A DNA stretch of 12,680 bases from an uncultured Fidelibacterota bacterium (GTDB taxonomy: Bacteria > Fidelibacterota > Marinisomatia > Marinisomatales > UBA1611): contig CAJWHW010000037.1 of assembly GCA_913040915.1 (NCBI GenBank), positions 1 to 12,680 on the forward strand, in the 5' to 3' direction. Shown piece by piece: positions 1 through 6,847 of the stretch. Position 1 is the first letter of the stretch. The number at the start of each line of letters is the position of its first letter. The notes beneath the pieces were generated by a model, which saw only the letters and a program-made list of their open reading frames with translations, was not told where the DNA came from and ran no database searches. The position numbers were made by a program, and so were the translations under genes.

Positions 1-2
1 AT

Positions 3-3000
3 TACAAGGCGACTGACACTTTGGCTTCCCTCGGTTTGATTCCCTGGTCGATCGAACATAACCGCTTTGATAGTAATAGTATCTTCTTCAGTAAACCCTG
101 TAATTGCTTCTACCTGTTCTGCCGTAAATGAAATTATTTTACCAGTCCCAACTTCTGCCTGTGTAATATCACTGGAATCTCCTAATTCTTCAAAAGGATT
201 ACTTCCAATTTTTGCCCAAATCTGTATCCAACCATTTTTAAGTGTTGTGTCGCTTGCAACAGGTACTGTTATATCCAAACCAGTATTAGTAGAATTCCAA
301 GCGTTCTCTACTACATTTCCGCTAGTCGCAGTAACATCTCCTACTATAAAATCTGATGGCGGAGATCTATCGAAGATTACATAACTGCCATCAGTTGTTC
401 CTGTAACAGTTGTACCATCATTCCCTGCACAATCGTTATATTCAAAATTAATTGCAACCTCACCTTCAGGATCAGTGTTCGTCATTTCTTTTTTTGTATA
501 AACAACAGTAGAGTCACTTGCAAAAGATTTACCATATTTATTTCCAAGATATTTATATGTTTTTGTGAGTTCTGAAGCATTGAGCTCACGATCATAAAGT
601 AAAACCTCAGCAATAAATGAGTCATTGTATTGGCCATTCATTCTATTGCGATTGATCTTATATTTACTAAAAACACGTCCATCTAATTCTGCTGCCCAGT
701 TGGCTACATTTCCATCTACTATGGTAGACGTTCCTTCAGAATTAGCTATAATGCCATATAGTTTTAAATCATTATCCCAAGGCTCAAAATCAATTTCATC
801 ACCCACGCCAGTTAAAAATTTAAAATGGCCATTATTGGTTTTATGAGTGATTTGAAAATGATCATCGTTATTGATATCTCCATTAGAAAAAAAGGAATCA
901 AATTCTGCTGGTGCACCAACCTGTTGAAATACGATAAAAATAGAAAATTCTGCTGCAGTCCAATTAGACGTACTTAAATCATAAATTAAGACATCCTGTT
1001 CAGATTTATTGAATTGTAGTGCAGATTGTCCATTAAATTGATTTTGAACAAGGACAGGGAGTCCTTTACCGGGATCTTCAATTACATCTGCACCATTCCC
1101 TGATTTGTCAGCCCATATGGCAACCTCCGATCCGTTCAGTGTTGATTCCCCCATTCCTTCCGAAGCGCCGTCACCATCCACATCATTAGCATCTAGCCAT
1201 AATTTTAAATTTTCGGTAACAATTCCACCGCCCACACATTCATCGGATCCATCGTATTCTGCATCAGTTGAATCATAAATAGTAAGCTCTGATCCAGCTA
1301 GTGCCGTACTAACTTCATATAATATTTCGTTACCCCCGAAATCTATTTTAACAGTGTCTCCTATTTTTGCCCACTTATTATCTTTATTCGTAGACTGAAT
1401 TGACACCGGTGAAACAATGGGTTCTGTTCGGTCATAGACCACTGATGAACCATCTGTTGAACCCAAATGAGTCCCATCATTTCCTAAATAGTCAGTTGTA
1501 GATAATATAAATGGTAAACTCCCTTCTGTCTCTCCTCCTGTTAGTATATAAGTTGAAGAATATTCTTCACCCCCAAGGTCGGAAACATCATCTGCATTAT
1601 TCCCGTCTACTGTAACGGTAGGAGTCACAACATCCTCGTCATAGATCATGGTAATGGTAATTTCATCACCTGTTTTTGCCAGGTGGGAAAAATTATTATT
1701 GGATGAAATAGAAGCTTGATCAGGAGAGCTAGCTAAAATATCTATAAACATATTGGTAGTGCTGATATCTCCTGATGTATTATTACCTGCTACATCAAAT
1801 AGCAGTGCGGAAAATTGAGCAGTCTCTTCATGAGCAAAATCAGTGAGACCTTCAAAGGCATCACTGCTGGCAAATACTGTTTTTACACTTGCATTAAGGT
1901 CATCTACTGTAATGGTATCTTTCTGGCCGAAAGCTTCAAACTCATTGTTAGACACTCTGCCTATTAATTGGAAAGCTGAACCAACAATCACGTCAGTATC
2001 CCAAACTGGTGATTGAAAATTAATCGGAGAATCTTCGATAACCCAATCAGGACCACTAAGGATACCATGATTTCCAGTCGCTGTAGAATCAGTTACCGTA
2101 GATCCAGCACCACCATCCATACGCCAATAGCCCAGTAATCCCAACTCATTATTATTTATTGTTGCTTCTTTAGAAGCCTTAATCTGTGCTGCACTACGTG
2201 TAATATTCCAAATCCTGAATTCATCTATTTGGCCATTAAAATAACCTGTTACAACATCACCACTACCATTATCCAATGTCCTAGTGAAACTACCAAGTTT
2301 GATTTCTGATGGTGCCCCCAACCAACGAATTGGTCCTGTTGGAGAATAAGCTGCACCAGTTTCACTAGAATCAGTTAGGGTGCCATTTCTGTAAAGCCTG
2401 ACTCTTTCACCATCATAGGTAGCAGCAAGGTGGGTCCACTGACCAGAAGGGGTAGATACCTCAGGCATACTAAGATAGTCAATTGCATTGTTATTAGTTT
2501 TTAAAAAGAATCGCCAACCAGTTGCAAAATAGATAAAGCCAAACCCTGCTTTTAATATTGGACTAGAATCTCTTGCATAATTAAAAATACCATCATTATC
2601 TGACCACGAATTAGGTTTAATCCACATTTCAACAGTCAACGCTTCTGTAACCTGATATTCTGGAATTGCTGGAATAATAAGCTCATCAATTGTTCCATCA
2701 AATGAAAGAGAATTCCCAGGTGTATAATTAAAACTGGTCACGGCTGAATCTTCAGGGATATTTACGACCAGATTAATTTGAGTGTTTGTAGAGTTCCAAA
2801 TATCTGTAACTGCGTTACCGCCCGAACTAGTAACAGTACCAACCGTAAAAGATGGAGGCGGTGAATTATCTACAATAACAACAGATCCATTCGTAGTCTC
2901 TTTCACTGTTTTCCCTTCAGCCCCATTAATATCTATAAAGTCTATTGTAAATTGTAGTGGCCCGTCCGGGTCTGATTCCTGAACTGTATAATAAGCAACC

Positions 3001-3704
3001 CAATTTGTTCCTCCTAAATGATCAACATTACAGAGATTACCATTTATTTGAACATATGGGTCAGAATTAAACTCTGAATTTGCTGAAAAATTCAACCAAA
3101 TATTTGTCCCCAAATAGGCTGTTGATGGGTCTTCATTAGATGATTCAATTGAAACATTTGTCAACTTAGGAAGTGTCAAGACACTTATATTATCTACATC
3201 CCAGGAATTTATATAATTTGAATTTGTACCATAGGCAACCCACCTAATCTTGAAATCACCATTAATCTCTGCTGTGAATGATTCATATCTCCCGGATAAA
3301 TCCACATCAACTCCTGGCCTTATTTCGTAACCCAGTACCTGCACCCATTCGCCACCTGTTAAATATTCAATTTTTAATCCATTGGTGTCAGCTGCCCCTG
3401 CTGACCAAAAATCTAATTCAAAGAAAAATTCCACTAAAACATCAGATTCATCTCCAACATCAATAACAGGAGTTGTCATTGTCATTTCATAATCATATTG
3501 TACTGGGGAGTAATAAAAATAAGCACCCGGTGGAGGATCGCCAACGGGATGATTCTGAAATCCTACCGAGCCCACCAGCCAGTTACCATCCATTTCCCAA
3601 CCTGGTGGTATTTCACTATTTGAAAAATCTTCCCAAAATAATTGTTCACCCATAATGGGTATACACCATATCAGCACTAAATTAATTTTTATAAAATATT
3701 TCAT
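3..3704 (-). CDS. Giant secreted multi-domain surface protein or adhesin, partial (>1234 aa, continues past the left edge): signal peptide, MAM/cleaved-adhesin-like domain, Ig-like repeats, two LamG/concanavalin-like domains
   Basis: Manual translation shows no stop from the ATG at 3702-3704 (ATGA overlap with the upstream TGA at 3701-3703) to the window edge. It is probably absent from the ORF track because it has no stop in the window. N-terminus MKYFIKINLVLIWCIPIMG is signal-peptide-like. EQLFWEDFSNSEIPPGW...MTTPVID...FKIRWVAYG...WDVDNISV is jelly-roll-like. SLSFDG...LTVEMWIKP...QWTHLAATYDG...LYRNG...YFNGQIDEFRIWN...GLLGYWRMD is a classic LamG-3-like domain. LKLWLDA...WADKSGNG...IAEVLLYDREL...YLGNKYG is a second LamG-like type. 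Confidence 0.9.
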   Translation of the reverse strand, partial: MKYFIKINLVLIWCIPIMGEQLFWEDFSNSEIPPGWEMDGNWLVGSVGFQNHPVGDPPPGAYFYYSPVQYDYEMTMTTPVIDVGDESDVLVEFFFELDFWSAGAADTNGLKIEYLTGGEWVQVLGYEIRPGVDVDLSGRYESFTAEINGDFKIRWVAYGTNSNYINSWDVDNISVLTLPKLTNVSIESSNEDPSTAYLGTNIWLNFSANSEFNSDPYVQINGNLCNVDHLGGTNWVAYYTVQESDPDGPLQFTIDFIDINGAEGKTVKETTNGSVVIVDNSPPPSFTVGTVTSSGGNAVTDIWNSTNTQINLVVNIPEDSAVTSFNYTPGNSLSFDGTIDELIIPAIPEYQVTEALTVEMWIKPNSWSDNDGIFNYARDSSPILKAGFGFIYFATGWRFFLKTNNNAIDYLSMPEVSTPSGQWTHLAATYDGERVRLYRNGTLTDSSETGAAYSPTGPIRWLGAPSEIKLGSFTRTLDNGSGDVVTGYFNGQIDEFRIWNITRSAAQIKASKEATINNNELGLLGYWRMDGGAGSTVTDSTATGNHGILSGPDWVIEDSPINFQSPVWDTDVIVGSAFQLIGRVSNNEFEAFGQKDTITVDDLNASVKTVFASSDAFEGLTDFAHEETAQFSALLFDVAGNNTSGDISTTNMFIDILASSPDQASISSNNNFSHLAKTGDEITITMIYDEDVVTPTVTVDGNNADDVSDLGGEEYSSTYILTGGETEGSLPFILSTTDYLGNDGTHLGSTDGSSVVYDRTEPIVSPVSIQSTNKDNKWAKIGDTVKIDFGGNEILYEVSTALAGSELTIYDSTDAEYDGSDECVGGGIVTENLKLWLDANDVDGDGASEGMGESTLNGSEVAIWADKSGNGADVIEDPGKGLPVLVQNQFNGQSALQFNKSEQDVLIYDLSTSNWTAAEFSIFIVFQQVGAPAEFDSFFSNGDINNDDHFQITHKTNNGHFKFLTGVGDEIDFEPWDNDLKLYGIIANSEGTSTIVDGNVANWAAELDGRVFSKYKINRNRMNGQYNDSFIAEVLLYDRELNASELTKTYKYLGNKYGKSFASDSTVVYTKKEMTNTDPEGEVAINFEYNDCAGNDGTTVTGTTDGSYVIFDRSPPSDFIVGDVTATSGNVVENAWNSTNTGLDITVPVASDTTLKNGWIQIWAKIGSNPFEELGDSSDITQAEVGTGKIISFTAEQVEAITGFTEEDTITIKAVMFDRPGNQTEGSQSVSRLV
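531..1235 (-). other. Second LamG-like domain (WLDA...WxDxSGNG...YLxxKYG type) inserted within Ig-like repeat A3
   Basis: Motifs NLKLWLDANDVDGDG, VAIWADKSGNG, FNGQSALQF, FSIFIVF, IAEVLLYDREL, YLGNKYG. Boundaries are approximate. Confidence 0.75.
1998..2741 (-). other. LamG-like (Laminin_G_3/pentraxin-like) domain inserted within Ig-like repeat B1
   Basis: Motifs NSLSFDG, TVEMWIKP, WTHLAATYDG, FNGQIDEFRIWN, LLGYWRMDGGAGSTVTDSTATGNHG. Boundaries are approximate. Confidence 0.85.
3177..3647 (-). other. N-terminal MAM/cleaved-adhesin-like jelly-roll domain of the giant protein
   Basis: Pattern F-x-E-D-F...P-x-G-W at the start, MTTPVID in the middle, and IRW...W-x-V-D-N-I-x-V at the end. Confidence 0.6.
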
Positions 3705-4264
3705 TGAACAATCACTTCAGCACCACGATATCCTTTTAATTCAATATCATTATCATTATGATCAATCATTTCGCACTTATTTAAGTTGTATTTAACACTG
3801 TCACTTCCAGTACCGGTAGGTATAAATATTAAATCTGCTAAATGGCCTGTTCCCTCAAGGTCCTGTTTTAATGTATCTAAGAAATAAGTGTAAATATCAA
3901 TTGTATTCACGCTATCATAAGTATAAGTAAATAGCGGTGTAGATTTACTGGTATCTGTAATAAAAACACCTGGTGTAATTGTATCCAGTTCCAGAAATGA
4001 GTTCGGGAATACTACCTGTAAATGCACGCCAGAAAAAGCTTCCATTGAATCTTCTTTAAATACAATAAAAGAACCTACGAGAATTGAGTCTGCCACGGCT
4101 TTTACTTGGGTCTTAGGATAAAAAACGAGTGTAGGGGCACCAACACCTTTTTCATCATTTGCTTCAAAATCTACAGGATTATCAAATTCCTTTTTATATA
4201 TGTTACAAGAGCCAATGTATAATAATGCCCATAAGAGGATAAATAGTCCATGTTTTTTGTTCAT
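3701..4264 (-). CDS. Lipoprotein with cohesin-like beta-sandwich domain
   Basis: 187-aa ORF. Lipobox-like YIGS-C at Cys20, followed by FDNPVD. FSGVHLQVVFPNSFLEL...GTGHLADLIF...G-S-D-S-V resembles cohesin-fold motifs. Confidence 0.75.
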   Translation of the reverse strand: MNKKHGLFILLWALLYIGSCNIYKKEFDNPVDFEANDEKGVGAPTLVFYPKTQVKAVADSILVGSFIVFKEDSMEAFSGVHLQVVFPNSFLELDTITPGVFITDTSKSTPLFTYTYDSVNTIDIYTYFLDTLKQDLEGTGHLADLIFIPTGTGSDSVKYNLNKCEMIDHNDNDIELKGYRGAEVIVQ

Positions 4265-4267
4265 AGA

Positions 4268-5188
4268 TCATCCTGTTGTGTCCGGCTTTTGCGGATCCCA
4301 TTTTTTATAAATATTTTTATAGGGCCTAGGCCCTACAATCCAAGCATGGATACTGTTCGCTACCCACCCTGTTCCAGTAGCACCCGCAAAAGCAATAGCT
4401 AATTCACTGAATTTTACATGGTCGGACCAGTTTTGCTCAGCTGCGGCCCGATATTCTGAAACTTTTTTTTCATCGTTTGTATTATGATAAAGATCAAGAT
4501 TGGTAAGATAATTTTTTGAAGCCTCATCATATTTTAAAAAATTATACAATACTGCTAGACTTAGGGCCGACTCTGTTCCAATCCATACTCTTGATGAAAC
4601 TTTTTTCCCAGAATAAGCTTGTCCCCATCCAGGAGCAACTAAGCTACGCATGGCAGAACCCATCGGTGTTTTTTTGTACTCTATATCTTCAGGGTCTCTG
4701 AATAAAATAGATTCACGTGTTTTTTCCCAATCATGGTCTACTCTGCCGGTAACATTACCAACCCACATTTTTAATTCATTGATCTGCCCATTTAGATATT
4801 GAGTTAAATCCATTTTACGCCTGTAAATCATCCCACCGGATCTTGTATTAAATAATTTACCTTCAAGAGTAAATCTATCATCTACATGTTTGATCTGATT
4901 AAATAGAATAAAATTAACTTGGTGCTCCCTACCTAATTCTTTGATGGTATTCATATAACTAGCTGCAGGATTTTCATATTCATCAATATTTTCAAAAAGG
5001 ATGCTTATCGTTGAATCAAAATGAAAAAAAGAATTTGAAAAATTCTTAATCAAAGATGAATCAGCATTTGGTAAGTGGCGATCAAAATGGTTCAGTACTA
5101 AAAATGTAGGACGTAATACCATATTATTACTGTACAGGACACCCAGCAAAAGAAACAGAAAATATCTAGATATTTTCTTCATGGTCAT
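4268..5188 (-). CDS. Secreted or membrane hypothetical protein: N-terminal alpha/beta domain (weak TolB-N/CsgG/FlgO resemblance) and a C-terminal DUF5683-like helical hairpin
   Basis: 306-aa ORF with a signal-like N-terminus (MKKISRYFLFLLLGVLYS). SAMRSLVAPGWGQAYSGK matches the S-x-x-x-P-G-x-G-Q-x-Y motif. Two hydrophobic segments are separated by a long amphipathic helix. The ATG overlaps the upstream TGA (ATGA); an alternative start is at 5182. Confidence 0.7.
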   Translation of the reverse strand: MTMKKISRYFLFLLLGVLYSNNMVLRPTFLVLNHFDRHLPNADSSLIKNFSNSFFHFDSTISILFENIDEYENPAASYMNTIKELGREHQVNFILFNQIKHVDDRFTLEGKLFNTRSGGMIYRRKMDLTQYLNGQINELKMWVGNVTGRVDHDWEKTRESILFRDPEDIEYKKTPMGSAMRSLVAPGWGQAYSGKKVSSRVWIGTESALSLAVLYNFLKYDEASKNYLTNLDLYHNTNDEKKVSEYRAAAEQNWSDHVKFSELAIAFAGATGTGWVANSIHAWIVGPRPYKNIYKKWDPQKPDTTG

Positions 5189-5679
5189 TCTTCAGATATT
5201 GGTTTCTTTAGATAGTAATTAAATTTTTTAGGTTGATCAACATGGATCGTCTGTTCATCTATGATTTCATTTAATTGAAATACCCTAAGAAAATGGTCGC
5301 CTGCTTCTAGATTTAAACGAATAAAATCACGATCCCATTGATGTTCCCCATTCAATTCAAAAACCAATCCCTTCTCTTTTGTTTTAAACTTGACTTGATA
5401 TATAGGGTTTAAGAAAAAGTCTAAATGAATTGCTTGAGCCGGATTAACTAGTAAATCATATGTCAGAGGCGCATAACCTTCTTTTTTGATCTCAAACTTG
5501 TGAACACCTGGAGAAATTCTCTCATTTTTTATTGGTGATTCACCAACAATGACTCCATCTAATATTACTTTCACTTTTTTTGGTATAGTATTAACCGATA
5601 ATTTGACTTGTCCAAAAGCAAAAGAAATAGCAAATAGCGTTATAATAACTTTATAGTGTTGTGTCTTCATTTTTTGCAT
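5185..5679 (-). CDS. Secreted PEGA-domain protein
   Basis: LSVNTIPKKVKVILDGVIVGESP...ISPGVHKFEIKKEGY is a typical PEGA motif. A second degenerate PEGA-like half follows (LNLEAGDHFLRV). The signal peptide ends at AFG. An alternative start is ATG 5670. Confidence 0.85.
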   Translation of the reverse strand: MQKMKTQHYKVIITLFAISFAFGQVKLSVNTIPKKVKVILDGVIVGESPIKNERISPGVHKFEIKKEGYAPLTYDLLVNPAQAIHLDFFLNPIYQVKFKTKEKGLVFELNGEHQWDRDFIRLNLEAGDHFLRVFQLNEIIDEQTIHVDQPKKFNYYLKKPISEE

Positions 5680-6637
5680 CTTTATAAATATTATTTAGAT
5701 CCAATAGTGTCACATCAGAACGATACACCCATCCATCCATTTGTACATTTTTTTTCTGATCAATTTCTACTTCAATTGATCCATAATATTCTCCCGGTGT
5801 AACTCTTCCAACAGATATTATCTCTCCTTTTTCTAATAAGAATATCGTTTTTGATCCAATATCTGGATATTCTCGAAAATGAACATTTTCACGATTTATC
5901 AAATAAAGTGGATCTTCCAATTCAGCACTTGGACCCACCCCAACATCTAATCTTTTTTTACGACTTTGTGAAAAATCAAGAAGCTGTTTATAAGGTTTAA
6001 AAATTAAATTTTCTCCAACCACCAACCTTAGGTGCTTTGCATATTTATATTCTCCTGGGACAGCAATTTGGTAGAAGCCTGAATCATTTGTCACAATTTC
6101 TTTTATAACATTATCATAATTTTGCATAGATACATTTACACCTGCTAATCGTTTATTATTTCTATTCAAGAAAACTTTTCCAGAAACAATTAATTGACCC
6201 ATGCGGATAGATTTAGGTGGAAGTTGAATACGACCGAAACGAATACCTTGAAACCGAATCTTAACAGGATCAAAGTTATCATCCTGAGGAATAATCTTAA
6301 TCATGTTAGATTTATTATTAATATCTAAAACACCCTGTGGTAGGTAAGCAAAAAATACTCTGGGTGCCTCTTGCAATATGGTAATTATTGGATTTGATGT
6401 ATCTCCTTGCGCATAGACTTCAAACAGAATATTATCCGGTACGGCACCAGTATAATTCAGAGGTAAACGTAATTCAATTTCACCATATTCATATGTAACA
6501 GATATCAAAGGCTGACGATCATTATAAATGATATCAGGGTAGACGGGCCCCCTAAGAAGAGAACATCCTGACACAAATGCCAAAATTATGAAAACCCCTC
6601 CAACGTGAAACAAATGGCGAATTGAACGTTTCAGCAT
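5651..6637 (-). CDS. Lipoprotein with a carboxypeptidase-regulatory-like (transthyretin-fold) domain and a C-terminal bacterial SH3-like domain
   Basis: 328 aa with lipobox FVSG-C. VSGKVF...RLAGVNVS...TNDSGFYQI is CarboxypepD_reg-like. INRENVHFREYPDIGSKTIFLLEKGEII...DGWVYRSDV is SH3b-like. Confidence 0.8.
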   Translation of the reverse strand: MLKRSIRHLFHVGGVFIILAFVSGCSLLRGPVYPDIIYNDRQPLISVTYEYGEIELRLPLNYTGAVPDNILFEVYAQGDTSNPIITILQEAPRVFFAYLPQGVLDINNKSNMIKIIPQDDNFDPVKIRFQGIRFGRIQLPPKSIRMGQLIVSGKVFLNRNNKRLAGVNVSMQNYDNVIKEIVTNDSGFYQIAVPGEYKYAKHLRLVVGENLIFKPYKQLLDFSQSRKKRLDVGVGPSAELEDPLYLINRENVHFREYPDIGSKTIFLLEKGEIISVGRVTPGEYYGSIEVEIDQKKNVQMDGWVYRSDVTLLDLNNIYKDAKNEDTTL

Positions 6638-6681
6638 ATCCTGAAATTTATATCAGGAATTTGAATTTGTCAGTTCAGCAG

Positions 6682-6699
6682 TTCAAAAAGATTTTTGAA
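6682..6699. promoter_or_regulatory. Perfect 8-bp inverted repeat TTCAAAAA-GA-TTTTTGAA, candidate transcription-factor operator
   Basis: Dyad about 45 bp upstream of the first start codon (6637) of the envelope operon. The 2-nt spacer suits a DNA-binding site rather than an RNA hairpin. Confidence 0.3.
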
Positions 6700-6777
6700 T
6701 AATTTTTCACCATTACTGCATAGTCCATTATGCTAAAATACATCAATTTTTCAGGCTTGAATCCATCGAATATATTC

Positions 6778-6797
6778 TGTTCGTTCCTTAACAAACA
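6778..6797 (-). terminator. Possible weak hairpin downstream of the aldehyde dehydrogenase gene
   Basis: Minus strand reads TGTTTGTT-AAGG-AACGAACA (8-bp stem with one G-U pair), about 50 nt after the stop. There is no U-tract, so support is weak. Confidence 0.2.
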
Positions 6798-6847
6798 CAG
6801 GATCATACCAATGCATGGATATTTTCATGCTATTAATTAGCTTAGTA

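Larger units (their letters stand above)
3..3173 (-). repeat. Diverged protein-level Ig-like repeats: A1 (3173-2865), B1 (2864-1737, interrupted), A2 (1736-1428), A3 (1427-366, interrupted), B2 (365-3)
   Basis: Type A consensus: SIxSxN...AxxGxxI...(LGG)...D/ExE/DG...DxxGxxG...TxGSxVxxD. Type B begins SPPxxFxVGxVTxxxGNxVxxxWNSTNT and ends FDxxGNxTxG. The antisense shadow ORFs 67-384 and 2782-2982 also resemble each other. Confidence 0.8.

Noticed and set aside
67..384. 105-aa plus-strand ORF
   Set aside because: Antisense shadow of repeat B2 of the giant minus-strand gene. Its likeness to ORF 2782-2982 only mirrors the repeat.
625..846. 73-aa plus-strand ORF
   Set aside because: Antisense to the second LamG-like domain, with no recognisable features.
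531..2741. Inserted domains considered as inteins or mobile introns
   Set aside because: They carry LamG-type motifs, lack Hint-domain and terminal His-Asn signatures, and have no endonuclease motifs.
288..2880. Similar segments near 288-380 and 2788-2880 considered as a DGR template/variable repeat pair or recombination cassette
   Set aside because: Both are in-frame parts of one gene, the differences are not adenine-specific, and no reverse transcriptase or recombinase is in the window.
2782..2982. 66-aa plus-strand ORF
   Set aside because: Antisense shadow of the A1/B1 junction.
3278..3655. Two short plus-strand ORFs (3278-3466, 3473-3655)
   Set aside because: Antisense to the giant gene's N-terminal domain, with non-ATG starts and atypical composition.
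4516..4701. 61-aa plus-strand ORF
   Set aside because: Lies antisense within the DUF5683-like gene.
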